Source: Candidatus Bathyarchaeota archaeon (GTDB lineage Archaea > Thermoproteota > Bathyarchaeia > Bathyarchaeales > Bathycorpusculaceae). Taken from it: a stretch of DNA of 64,000 nucleotides. The stretch spans positions 32,001-96,000 of the forward strand of contig CAWAKC010000009.1 in the NCBI GenBank assembly GCA_963782525.1, written 5' to 3'. Positions 47,441-57,920 of this stretch are shown here, piece after piece. Below the pieces are notes generated by a model. That model had not been told where the DNA came from. It saw nothing but the letters and a program-made list of their open reading frames with translations, and did not search any database. A program made the translations under genes and the position numbers. Position 1 is the stretch's first letter. Each line of letters opens with the position of its first letter.

Positions 47441-50155
47441 TTATGGCCGTTTTCTGAGGATTAGGATGCCAACTATCGCAATCGCAATGATTATTGCGAC
47501 GGCTGCGAGTGCAGTATCCATCATAATTGCTGAAGTAATTGTGGTTTCGCTTAGTGGTGTTGCTGTTGGAGCAGGTGTTGCTGCGGCTTCACCTACATTC
47601 ATGTAGGCTGTTGCGAATGAGCTACCGTATGCTCCTGAGCCATGGAAAGTGGCGATTATGGTGTAATGTCCTGGAACGTCGGGGGTTATCCATTCGTAGC
47701 CGTAGTTGCCTGATGAGTCGCTTGTGACATCGCCTATGTGAATCAAGTTGCCATTTGGATCATAAACATCTAATGTTACTGGAACGCCTGTTGCATTTGC
47801 GGGGTAGGGCTGTTGCTGATACATGTATCCCATCCATGCATCCATGCTTGCGTCGCTTATGGCAGGTGTGCCTTGATCTTTGCCAGAGGGCGTATCATCT
47901 GTGACCGTGCCTGTAATCGTTATGGTAGATCCAATTGGGAGAGTAGTTTGCGGAGCAGAAACTGTGGTTTTGCTTAATCCAGGGCCAAAGCAGTAAATCA
48001 TTGCGTCTTGGGCATTAGCGTATACTAATCGACCGTCTGCGATGATTGGAGCTGTGTAGGGCCACCCGTTTAGTGACCATAGCATTTTTCCATCAGTTGC
48101 GTTTATACACCATATTTGTGCATCCCGTCGTATTGGAGCATTTACCGAGTGCTCGTTTGAGTACATGTAAATCAGTGTTTGTCCTGTCGCGTTACAAGCG
48201 CATCCCCATGAAAGCGGAGTATGTGGATATGGAGTTTCTCCCAGACCGACGTCTGGAGCAGACCAAGTCCATAAGACCTTTCCTGTTTTAGCTTCAAACG
48301 CATGCAGTATTCCGTCATAACCATAGCTATATAATACGCCGTTGAGGCAGCTGGTGCTCATTCCGTAGAAGTTCCATTGAGGTAGAGCATCACTTGTCCA
48401 TAGCAGATTCCCAGTCGCGATGTCGTAAACATAGTAAACTCTCAGCATTGGATTGACGAACCAGAAGATGCCACTGTTTGCGTCGATTCCGCCCCATTGT
48501 GAGTCTTTGTTGGTGAATTGCAGAGATTGAATTGCAGAGTCACCCAGTCCTGGTGGAGGCGTAAAGGTAATGTTCCACAACAGAGAACCAAGTGCGCCCT
48601 TTGCAGGATCTAGATTCAAAGCCCACAAGTTACCTGCGTAATTCTGGCCAGAATTGTTAGTAATGTTTCCTATGGTTCCGCCGATTATCATATTGCCGTT
48701 AAGGATTTGGCGTATGCTGCCTTGCACTGCTGGAATTGACGCATTCAATGAGAACCCATAGTTTCCATTAAATGTGAAATTCAGGTTGGGTCTCCACGAC
48801 CAATATTGATTGGCTGCTTGATAGTATACTGTACCAGGGATCAAAGTTTGATACCAAATGGCTTGTGTAGTGTTCCATATTTGCAAGTATGTATTGGGTG
48901 CTACGGCTGTTCCAAGGTTAACAATGTTGTAGTAGCATATGCTTCCAATGTTGTCAGTTTTAGATGTGCCAACGGCTCCAGTAGTTACGGATGTTCCAGC
49001 AAGGGTTCGAGTTGATTGAGTTACATTACCTATGCTGCAGATATAGTTTCCAGTTGACGCATCGAGCATATTCCAATTGCCGGTAGCAGTAGAGGTTACC
49101 CACAGATAGTTGAAGGCTCCGTGCTGGTCAGGGTTATCTATTTCTAGCACTTGACCAAATGATGGCGCACCGTAGGGTAAGCTTCCAGAACCTATGGTCC
49201 CTCCGCCTCCGTTAGAGTTTGGCGAGAAGCCAGTAGTATTTTGGAAATATTTTACCTCTCCAGTGTAGAGGCTTAAGGCGTACCAACCTTCTCTTGGGGG
49301 TATGGTAACTGTATAGTAGACTAAACCGCCTTCTATTATCGAGGGACCTGTAATGCTTTCATAAGACTGCCCTGAATATGTGTTTGCAGCATTGTTTGTG
49401 TAACTAGCACCGCCTCCAACTAAGCCGCCAGATGTCAAAGGAACCACCCAGTTTATGTGAGAAGTGATTGGCCCAGTTGAGTAAATGTTGGCACGTGCAG
49501 TCATGATGGTGTCTCCTCCTCCTAGCCATTGTCCCGCGATCTGATACCAGTCATGGTTGGTTCCGTAGATTGGGCGTGTCCAGTAAGCTTCAGGAAGTGG
49601 CGTTTCTTTGTACGTCGGTACCTGTTGATCCTGTACAACCATAGTTACAGGTGGACTTGTGCTGGCTAAGAGAACGTCGCCCCAATATGCATAACCCTGG
49701 TTAGAGGTTAATGCAACATTGGGATTCACTGGTTGACCGGTGAGTGTGTGTTGCTGCATAAAGGATTGCAAAGTGTAGTTGCCTACTTCGGTTGGAACGT
49801 AATTAATGTAGGTTCCCCCAACTGGGTCAGAGGTATAAGGTCCCAAAGTGTCGTTAGTTCCGTCTGGCTTGACAATGTTCAAGTTGAAGGTGTATCTGTC
49901 ACCGTATTGACCGGATGCTGTTGGAGGGATTAGGTTGCACCACATTACAATCAATGCAGTTTGGCCGACGCCTAATGTTTCTGGCGAAGAGCTAACGTAG
50001 GCCCATGTTGTAATTTGCCATGGGGGAGTGTGTGCGTTTGCTGTTGGCTCAGCGATGAGTGTAGCAGTCATGCTTAGAACCAAAAGTAAAATGATTGCTG
50101 TCGCAGAAATTTTGTTTTTCAAGAATTTCGCTGTTTGATTTAAAGAAAATTTCAT
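47441..50155 (-). CDS. Membrane-anchored PQQ-binding-like beta-propeller surface protein, paralog 2
   Basis: Same architecture as paralog 1; ends LRKRP. Confidence 0.9.
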   Translation of the reverse strand: MKFSLNQTAKFLKNKISATAIILLLVLSMTATLIAEPTANAHTPPWQITTWAYVSSSPETLGVGQTALIVMWCNLIPPTASGQYGDRYTFNLNIVKPDGTNDTLGPYTSDPVGGTYINYVPTEVGNYTLQSFMQQHTLTGQPVNPNVALTSNQGYAYWGDVLLASTSPPVTMVVQDQQVPTYKETPLPEAYWTRPIYGTNHDWYQIAGQWLGGGDTIMTARANIYSTGPITSHINWVVPLTSGGLVGGGASYTNNAANTYSGQSYESITGPSIIEGGLVYYTVTIPPREGWYALSLYTGEVKYFQNTTGFSPNSNGGGGTIGSGSLPYGAPSFGQVLEIDNPDQHGAFNYLWVTSTATGNWNMLDASTGNYICSIGNVTQSTRTLAGTSVTTGAVGTSKTDNIGSICYYNIVNLGTAVAPNTYLQIWNTTQAIWYQTLIPGTVYYQAANQYWSWRPNLNFTFNGNYGFSLNASIPAVQGSIRQILNGNMIIGGTIGNITNNSGQNYAGNLWALNLDPAKGALGSLLWNITFTPPPGLGDSAIQSLQFTNKDSQWGGIDANSGIFWFVNPMLRVYYVYDIATGNLLWTSDALPQWNFYGMSTSCLNGVLYSYGYDGILHAFEAKTGKVLWTWSAPDVGLGETPYPHTPLSWGCACNATGQTLIYMYSNEHSVNAPIRRDAQIWCINATDGKMLWSLNGWPYTAPIIADGRLVYANAQDAMIYCFGPGLSKTTVSAPQTTLPIGSTITITGTVTDDTPSGKDQGTPAISDASMDAWMGYMYQQQPYPANATGVPVTLDVYDPNGNLIHIGDVTSDSSGNYGYEWITPDVPGHYTIIATFHGSGAYGSSFATAYMNVGEAAATPAPTATPLSETTITSAIMMDTALAAVAIIIAIAIVGILILRKRP

Positions 50156-50361
50156 TTTGTTTTTCCTTTCCTTTTATTTTTAATTGAACGAAAAACCGCC
50201 CATCTTATTAACTCAAATTGAGAGCGATTAGGCGTTCCCTCGCTCAACAGACTACTATTAGCTCAGTTGTGTTTATAACATTTGTCCATTTATTATGAAT
50301 TAAATCTTGTAATTACTCTGGATTCTCAAAAATATTCAATAAAACAATGTCTTCAAAGTGC

Positions 50362-50466
50362 AATACTGATAGCAGTTAGAAAAAGACCATAAAAAAATCA
50401 TCAACAACTTCCTCTTTTTTTGTCCCACGAACTTAATCCAATGATAAGTTTATTTTCACTGAGAAT
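50362..50466 (+). repeat. Orphan copy of the last codons, stop and T-tract of beta-propeller paralog 3
   Basis: 50362-50433 is identical to 54314-54385 (72 bp), with weaker similarity for about 30 bp more. Confidence 0.9.
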
Positions 50467-50637
50467 AGTTGACTGCAAACATTTTTGTTTTCATAGCCTC
50501 TAAGATTCATAAACGACAAAAAATATATCAAACTTAAAAGCTAAACAATGAAATCTGATAAAGCCTTAGCCTAAAAGGCATTACCGTTTCCTTAAAATAT
50601 GCTCCTCTTGCAAAAGACAAATCTGAAGCTAAAGGTA

Positions 50638-51465
50638 TCAAGCATTTTTCATCAGTTTGATTTTCTTAAGCTTTAGATCGCGTCCACTTTTCCAGTAGTC
50701 TTCAAAGTAGTTCTCTGCTAATGCAACAAAAGAAGGGTTATTTGACCATAAAGCAGGCGAACGAGCAAAACCACAATCGACGTTGATGCCTAAAATGACT
50801 TCTTTACTGTCAAAGATTCCAATTTTTGCTCGCAAAGGGCTGGAAACGAATCTGACCTCAAAATTTCTATATTCAGAATATGTCTGTAAAAATTCATAAA
50901 TTGAACTTGAATCCGCTGGTTCCTCTGTAATCCATCGAATTTTCACTCCTCTGCTTAATGCGCCTTCAAATGACTTGGATAAGACGGTAAGCCAGGGCGC
51001 CAACTCTTTAGAAGGAGTAATATCGCTCAACGATACCTGTAAGTGTTCTATTTCTTCACGTGCTTTACAAGTAATCGCTTCTCTTTCAGAAATCAAGATA
51101 AATTGATCATTTCCAGACAAATTTAACTGTTCATGAATGGTGTTTTCAGAATTTTTTACAAAATTATCTGCTTCTTTTTTCAACTGGGAAAAATCTCTCA
51201 TCCTTCTTTCCAGAAGAATAGATACGGTTTTTACTGCCGAAACGCATCTGAAAGTTGCAGGTCTGGCGAGCGTTTTTTGGACTATGCCGATTTGTTGCAG
51301 TTCATCGAGCAGTCGATAGACATCTTGTCTTGGTACATCTGCAAACTTTGCTATTGTTACTCCCTTGTTATCTGTCTCTAACTTTAGAAGGGCAAGATAC
51401 ACTTTTGCTTGTGAGACAGTCAACCCTAAATGCAATAGAGTTTGAGCATCATCTCTAAAATTCAA
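50638..51465 (-). CDS. TrmB-family transcriptional regulator
   Basis: LGLT..QAKVYLAL, A.V.RQDVYRLL..L...G.V, P..F; C-terminal IFDSKEV..ALWSNNP..YFE..W. Confidence 0.9.
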   Translation of the reverse strand: MNFRDDAQTLLHLGLTVSQAKVYLALLKLETDNKGVTIAKFADVPRQDVYRLLDELQQIGIVQKTLARPATFRCVSAVKTVSILLERRMRDFSQLKKEADNFVKNSENTIHEQLNLSGNDQFILISEREAITCKAREEIEHLQVSLSDITPSKELAPWLTVLSKSFEGALSRGVKIRWITEEPADSSSIYEFLQTYSEYRNFEVRFVSSPLRAKIGIFDSKEVILGINVDCGFARSPALWSNNPSFVALAENYFEDYWKSGRDLKLKKIKLMKNA

Positions 51466-51626
51466 AGCTCCAACTCCTAGTGCCTTTCATTTATGAAGGC
51501 AATTCCTATTTATAATTTTCCAATTTTCAGCATGCCCCCTTACGACATGTAGTCGCTTAGCATACTTACGGCGCTTTTTTTTATAGTAAAAGCCACAAAC
51601 GAGTTACTACAGAATAAAGGAGAAAA

Positions 51627-54344
51627 ATGCAAATGCAAATTACAAAAAACAAGACAAAAGCTATGACAATTACTGCGTTTCTGATGTTAACCTTGTCTAT
51701 ATCGATGATAGTTTTGCCAGCAACTAATGCGCACGACCCAATCTGGAAAGTTCGCACATGGTGCTACGTGTCTGTTTCGCCAGATGTCGTCGGCGTCGGC
51801 CAAAATGTGCTTATTGCCTTTTGGATTAACATGGTACCGCCAACAGCAAATGGCGCTTACGGCGACCGATGGAGTTTCAATGTGAACGTCGTAAAACCTG
51901 ATGGAAGCAACGAAACCTTGGGACCGATCACGTCCGATCCAGTGGGAGGAGCGTACACAATCTACGTGCCTACTCAAATCGGCAATTATACTGTTCAGGC
52001 CATATTTCCTGGAAAGACTATAGATAATACACCTAATGGCATTAATCCGGCACTGCCCACCTCAGGCGCTACTTACCTAAATGATATTTATTTATCCAGC
52101 TTGAGTGAACCGGTGACATTCGTCGCGCAAACGGAACAAATTCCAAAATATCAAGAGACTCCTCTTCCCACAAATTATTGGACTCGTCCGATATACGGTA
52201 CTAACCATGAATGGGGCTTGATTGCAGGACAATGGCTTGGCGGAGGCGACAAATCAATCTTAGGTCCAATAAACTACTACTCAACAGGTCCAACTACCTC
52301 TCACATAGATTGGGCAGTTCCATTTTGGTCCGGAGGAATAATGGGAGGCGGTGCAACCGTCAACTTTGGCAGCACAGGATACTACTCTGGTCAACAATAT
52401 GAAAACTATGGTGGGCCATCGATAGTCCTTGATGGAAAAATCTACTATACCGTTCAGGAACCCCCAAGAGAGGGCTATTACTGCTTAAGCTTATACACAG
52501 GAGAAACTTTGTACTTCCGCAACACTACTGGCGCTTCAACTGGAAACAGTGGCATAGGCGGTAGCTCAGGAAGTATTCCATACGGCGCACCAGCATTTGG
52601 TCAATTATATGACTATGAATCACCCAACCAGCATGGAGGCTTCCCGTACTTGTGGGTTACTAATACCGGTGTCACAGGCAAATGGGACATGCTCGACGGG
52701 CACACTGGAAACTACATCTGCAGCATAGCCAACGTGACGCAATCAGCTCGAACTCTTGCTGGAACCACGGTAAATACTGGAGCAACTGGTACATCCAGAA
52801 ACGACAACACTGGAAGCATATGCTATTACAATCTTGTCAATCTTGGAACCACTGCAACCCCTAACATGTACCTGCAAATTTGGAACACAAGCCAAACTAT
52901 CTGGTGGTACAATAACGCATCAGGAAGCAACGTCTATTGGGAATGGAGACCATACTTCAATGCCACGTTTGACGGAAATCACGGATTCTCATTGAACGCA
53001 TCAATACCGGCTGTGCAAGGCAGCATACGCCAAGTTGTTACGGATAAGTACATAATCGGTGGAACTACAGGAAACATAACAAACAACCCAGGTCAGAACA
53101 CTCCAGGCAACTTATGGGCTCTGAATCTAGACCCTACTAAGGGACCATTGGGATCACTGTTGTGGAACTTTACTTTTACACCGCCAGCAGGACTAGGTGA
53201 CAACGCTCACGGAGGAGGAGGATTTGGACATGACACCGCATTTGGAGGTTTATCCGCAGCAGATGGCATCTTCTGGTACACCAACAGCATGCTGAGGCAA
53301 ATCTACGTCTATAGTCTGGATGAAACTATGACCGGAAAACCACAAGGAACACTGCTGTGGACAAGCGATCCTCTCTCACAATGGGCTTTCTACGGCGTGG
53401 GCATCACTGTCTACAACGGCAGATTATACAACACAAATGGCTACACTGGAATACTAATCGCCTTCAACGCAACGACGGGACATATCGATTGGACGTGGTC
53501 CGCACCACCCGTGGGTGAGGGCGAGACTCCATACACTAACACACCACTCTACGTTGGTTCCATTGCTGACAACAAGATGTACATGTTTTCAAGCGAGCAC
53601 TCGGTGAATTCACCTATACGACGCGATGCAAGAATGTTTTGTGTAGACCTAACCAACGGAACGATGCTATGGGCAGTTACATGTTGGCCTAGCAATGATC
53701 CGATAAGCAGCACACCGGTCATTGCAGACGGCCGTCTATTGGTAGCTGACGTCCAAGACATGGAGATATACTGCTTTGCACCCGGATCAAGCAAAACCAC
53801 AGTCGCCGCCCCCCAGGCAGTTCCAGAACTAGGCTCTAGTGTGACAATTACAGGGACTGTAACCGATGACACTTCTACTGGCAGGCACAACGTGAATGGC
53901 GAATTAGACTTTTCACTCCAAGGCACTCCCGCAATCTCAGACGCTTCCATGGATGCATGGATGGAATACATGTACCATCAAAGACCAAAGCCTACAAACG
54001 CAACTGGAGTTCCAGTATCCCTAAACACTATTGATCCAAACGGCAACTACATACAGATAGGAAACGTCACAAGCGACTTAACAGGCGTTTACAGTGGCAA
54101 ATTCACTCCAGAAGTTTCAGGCACCTACCAAATTATCGCTACGTTCCAAGGTTCAAACTCCTACGGCAGTTCATTCGCACAAACATACATGACAATAGGG
54201 GAATCAACACCAACAGCCTCACCATACCCAGAAATCAATATTCCTTCGACAGAAATGTACATCATCGGAACGGGCATAGCAATAATTATAGCAGTCGCGA
54301 TAGTCGGCGCCTTAATACTGATAGCAGTTAGAAAAAGACCATAA
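51627..54344 (+). CDS. Membrane-anchored PQQ-binding-like beta-propeller surface protein, paralog 3
   Basis: Same architecture, closest to paralog 2; AAGGAG ribosome-binding site; ends VRKRP. Confidence 0.9.
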   Translation: MQMQITKNKTKAMTITAFLMLTLSISMIVLPATNAHDPIWKVRTWCYVSVSPDVVGVGQNVLIAFWINMVPPTANGAYGDRWSFNVNVVKPDGSNETLGPITSDPVGGAYTIYVPTQIGNYTVQAIFPGKTIDNTPNGINPALPTSGATYLNDIYLSSLSEPVTFVAQTEQIPKYQETPLPTNYWTRPIYGTNHEWGLIAGQWLGGGDKSILGPINYYSTGPTTSHIDWAVPFWSGGIMGGGATVNFGSTGYYSGQQYENYGGPSIVLDGKIYYTVQEPPREGYYCLSLYTGETLYFRNTTGASTGNSGIGGSSGSIPYGAPAFGQLYDYESPNQHGGFPYLWVTNTGVTGKWDMLDGHTGNYICSIANVTQSARTLAGTTVNTGATGTSRNDNTGSICYYNLVNLGTTATPNMYLQIWNTSQTIWWYNNASGSNVYWEWRPYFNATFDGNHGFSLNASIPAVQGSIRQVVTDKYIIGGTTGNITNNPGQNTPGNLWALNLDPTKGPLGSLLWNFTFTPPAGLGDNAHGGGGFGHDTAFGGLSAADGIFWYTNSMLRQIYVYSLDETMTGKPQGTLLWTSDPLSQWAFYGVGITVYNGRLYNTNGYTGILIAFNATTGHIDWTWSAPPVGEGETPYTNTPLYVGSIADNKMYMFSSEHSVNSPIRRDARMFCVDLTNGTMLWAVTCWPSNDPISSTPVIADGRLLVADVQDMEIYCFAPGSSKTTVAAPQAVPELGSSVTITGTVTDDTSTGRHNVNGELDFSLQGTPAISDASMDAWMEYMYHQRPKPTNATGVPVSLNTIDPNGNYIQIGNVTSDLTGVYSGKFTPEVSGTYQIIATFQGSNSYGSSFAQTYMTIGESTPTASPYPEINIPSTEMYIIGTGIAIIIAVAIVGALILIAVRKRP

Positions 54345-54360
54345 AAAAATCATCAACAAC

Positions 54361-54373
54361 TTCCTCTTTTTTT
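54361..54373 (+). terminator. Oligo-T archaeal terminator candidate
   Basis: TTCCTCTTTTTTT shortly after the stop codon. Confidence 0.45.
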
Positions 54374-54751
54374 GTCCCACGAACTCAATCCAATCCTCTA
54401 AGTATAGTTTTGCTGAGAATTAGGTTGTGGAATCAAACTGGAACTTTTAGGGGGACAGTCGGAAAAAGTTTACGGATTTATGTAGAAAGAAAATACAACC
54501 AACAATATTAAAAAAAACTTTGCTAGCAAAAAGCCATTAGGCGATTTGCCGGCTCATCGCTACTGGTTTTTTCTTTCAAGGGCATTTTGGTCGAGATAGT
54601 ATTTTCAAAAAAATCTCGATAGTTCTTTTCTACCGAGAGATTAAATTAGTCCACAATTCCGAATTTATAAGTTTTTAATTATCTGGCAAAAATTGATTGA
54701 CGAATATTGGTGAGCAACATTTGAAAAGATTTAGTAAGGTAATGCAGTAGT

Positions 54752-55024
54752 TCAATTTGTGGTTTTTTTTATGATTGGTAGATCTTGGGTAATTTCGCGG
54801 AAGTATTTTAAAACAGTTAATCCCCGTTGAGTAGCTGAGAAAACGGTACTTTTTTTAATTGTTCGGTTTTCAATGAAGCCTTCTTTGATCAAAAAGTCAA
54901 GTTGTTTGTGGAGAATAGTGCAATTGAGGTTGGTTTTGTACATTAGATGTGTTAGCTTCGATGGTCCTGTGTGGGCTAATACTTTAAGGATGTCGACGTA
55001 GATTTCTATTCTTGATCGCTTCAT
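54752..55024 (-). CDS. Winged-helix regulator (HTH_45-like)
   Basis: MKRSRIEIYVDILKVL..GP.KLTHLMYKTNLN. Confidence 0.85.
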   Translation of the reverse strand: MKRSRIEIYVDILKVLAHTGPSKLTHLMYKTNLNCTILHKQLDFLIKEGFIENRTIKKSTVFSATQRGLTVLKYFREITQDLPIIKKTTN

Positions 55025-55267
55025 CTGCGGAAATCTCTTGGCGAGTTAGCTATCGGTTTATTTATGTAAAATGATTGAGAATGTTAATAAGCTTTGCCAT
55101 TTTTCTATTGCTTGATTCAAACAATTTTACCTTTTGCCACCAAATTACACATTTAGCAAGCGTCAGGTATTTGTGACTGTATCGAGACTACAACAACATT
55201 TTATATTTCTTAAGAACTTACTAGGAAAGTTGAAATTCTTTAAGTTAGAGAATTACAAATTCAAGAG

Positions 55268-55600
55268 TTGAATGGCATGAAAAAAAGCATCCAAAAAATC
55301 AACCACCATTCTGACAAAGGATCTGAAGAAAAATATAGTGTTCACCAGATGCTAATGCCAACAGTAAAATGCCTTTGCGACTCAGAAATTTTAGTTGTGC
55401 CTGACTTGAAAGCTATGGACATAGCAATAACTAAGCATGTAACTGATCACAAGCAATCAAGAGATGACTCGAAAAGGTTGACTGATTTCTTAATAGAGCA
55501 GGTTCTAATAGCGGCAAGCAAAAATAGAAACTTGCAACAATATAAATTACAATTAAGCAAGGGCAAGCATTTTAACGAACATAGTTTTCTAACAAAATAA
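55268..55600 (+). CDS. Small putative Zn-binding protein (CxC...HxxxH); start uncertain
   Basis: VKCLCDSEILVVPDLKAM..AI..HV..H. Confidence 0.7.
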   Translation: MNGMKKSIQKINHHSDKGSEEKYSVHQMLMPTVKCLCDSEILVVPDLKAMDIAITKHVTDHKQSRDDSKRLTDFLIEQVLIAASKNRNLQQYKLQLSKGKHFNEHSFLTK

Positions 55601-55621
55601 GCTCGTTAAAGTAAGCATTTT

Positions 55622-56260
55622 TTATTGCAGTTTCTGAGCAAGAATTGCGTTCCAAGGCGATTCTGGCTTGGTGAATATTTGGACGCCCACAAATCCAACA
55701 GACTGCATAATTTTTTTAATCTCTTCCAAAGGAATAAGGCAAACATGCGTTTCCCCAATCAATTTTGCATTCTCAACCTCGAACACCCCATCTTGGACCA
55801 TTTCATTAACTAAAAGCAATTTTCCCCCAGGCTTTAGCACCCGTCTTATCTCCTCTAACGCATCGCCAAAACTGGGCCAAAAATAATAGGTTTCACAAGC
55901 TGTTACCAAATTAAAATAATCATCGGGAAAACTCATTTTCATAACTGACCCTTGAATTATCTGCACGCGGCTTCGATCAATCAGTATTTTGTTCATTTTT
56001 TTGGAGAAATCGACCATGTCAGCGGAATGGTCAATGCCGAAGACTTTTCCGTTGGGAACCAACTTGTCTAATTTGTCAATTGTTTTGCCACCTCCACAAC
56101 CTACATCCAAAACCACGTCATCAGATGCGATTTTTACCTTTGTTAATCCCCAAACCGTTAGGGGCTCATGTTCTTGGTTCATTTTTTTAGCCACTAATCT
56201 ACCTTGGCGACCTCTCGGGCATTGATATTGATCCATTAATCCCAAAAACACAACCTCCAT
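55622..56260 (-). CDS. Class I SAM-dependent methyltransferase
   Basis: VLDVGCGGG, GIDHS..MV, ETYYFW, RVLKPGG. Confidence 0.9.
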   Translation of the reverse strand: MEVVFLGLMDQYQCPRGRQGRLVAKKMNQEHEPLTVWGLTKVKIASDDVVLDVGCGGGKTIDKLDKLVPNGKVFGIDHSADMVDFSKKMNKILIDRSRVQIIQGSVMKMSFPDDYFNLVTACETYYFWPSFGDALEEIRRVLKPGGKLLLVNEMVQDGVFEVENAKLIGETHVCLIPLEEIKKIMQSVGFVGVQIFTKPESPWNAILAQKLQ

Positions 56261-56948
56261 TGCAAATTGTTTGCGAACTGAACTAATAAGTTATTGCACG
56301 CTCATTATTTGTTAAAGCAGAATAAGCTTCAAAACCTGATTTCTTCAGCATTCGACCAACATCTTACTTGTTGAGATATACAACAAAACACCATCGACAC
56401 AAAAATACAAACGCCAACATACCCCCACACTACACCCAGACAGCCCAAAATAGCATCCACGAAAACAGTGTGGAACAACCCATCTCCCCCACTCAAACCA
56501 CAAAAGAGAAACAACCCAAACCAAAAACCGAACAAACCCACAAGTGTAATGTGGCAGTTCTAGCTCTCCACACCCACACAAAGTAAACAAAAAGAAAATT
56601 GCAATCGCCAATGTTTAGCTGGTTCATAACAACAAGATGACCCGGTCAGGTATTGACTTTGCCTGTAAAAGGTTGAGGGGGAATCGGTTTTTAAGAGGTT
56701 TGTTGTTACCTTGCGAACCAACATCATTTTATATTATTTCAAAACGCAATGGACAATAGCCAACAAACTTGCTAAGTGGGTTTGGCAGCTAACGCTTGAT
56801 TGGGCGAACGCCCCTTCTTGCACCCTATCAGGTGTTGGCACACGGCTAAATCCACTTAACATCACTTTTCTACCCCATGGAATAGAAAGACTTTGTTTAG
56901 CTAAAATGCTTGGTGAAAAGCATAGCCGCAACAGATCAATGTCGAAAG

Positions 56949-57173
56949 TTAGACTTCACGCTTGAAGATAACTAAGTACTTTCTTTCTTTATCTTCCTCT
57001 ATGCTTAAGCCAAATCGTTTTGCGTACTCTTCTAGTCCTGACCTAAAATATTCACCCTTAATCTGTAGCTGATAATGATTAGGTTCTCTTTGCAGCATAT
57101 TGATGAAAGAAGGATCCACTAAATTGACAGCAACTAATTCCTTCAAGAGAGCCATTGCCTCAACCCGGTTCAC
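56949..57173 (-). CDS. Small hypothetical protein
   Basis: GTG after GGGGGA gives MNRVEAMALLKEL..YQLQIK..YLVIFK. Confidence 0.6.
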   Translation of the reverse strand: MNRVEAMALLKELVAVNLVDPSFINMLQREPNHYQLQIKGEYFRSGLEEYAKRFGLSIEEDKERKYLVIFKREV

Positions 57174-57920
57174 AATAGTTCCCCCCCATTTAATTGGGAC
57201 GTACACAATATTCATAATTATCGCAATTATCACCAAACAATTATTAAAACCACGATATTCTGCAACCAAAAACCCCAAAGAATCAAAAACCAAGATCCAA
57301 TTTTTCAAGTTTAAGTCAAGCATACCCTTATCAGATGTTAGCGCATGGACAAATTCATTTAAAATAAAATTTCCACCCCATCAACAGGTTCAACATCCAT
57401 TTTCAGAGAAAATAAATTTACCCGATTGTTAACACAGAAAAATTCAATGCCAAAAAAATTAACAGACCCCAAGTAAGAAATAATTTAGACGCACATTAGT
57501 TTATTTTGAATCTTTCAATTATGTTTTGTTGGTTAAGGGCTGAGTAATATTGGCAGGGTTTTGCATTCTCCCCCCTTTCCTTTTGACCAGCCGTCTAAGA
57601 GCCAGCCCTTAGCCGCCCTCATGTTACATGGACAGAGAAATGGCATTTAAATATTGATTCTATGTTCATAGGACTTAAGTTGTTCCCTGGATCAGATATG
57701 ATTGATGTTAATGAAGAAGAAGCAGTCATTTTGCAACGATACAGTTGATTGGGTTGTCATGGAAGCCTTTACCAAAAACGAGTATGGATGCGCCACGAAA
57801 CTTCATAAGCACAAAAATAAGGCTTAACGCATTGAGTAAAGCTAACTTAAAAAAGTACTATGTACGTGTCAAGCATTATTTTCTATCTGTGTTCTCGGCA
57901 AACTTAAACTTGATTATCTA

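Noticed and set aside
44429-54344. Diversity-generating retroelement acting on the beta-propeller genes
   Set aside because: No reverse transcriptase is present, and the 72-bp repeat is identical rather than differing at adenines.
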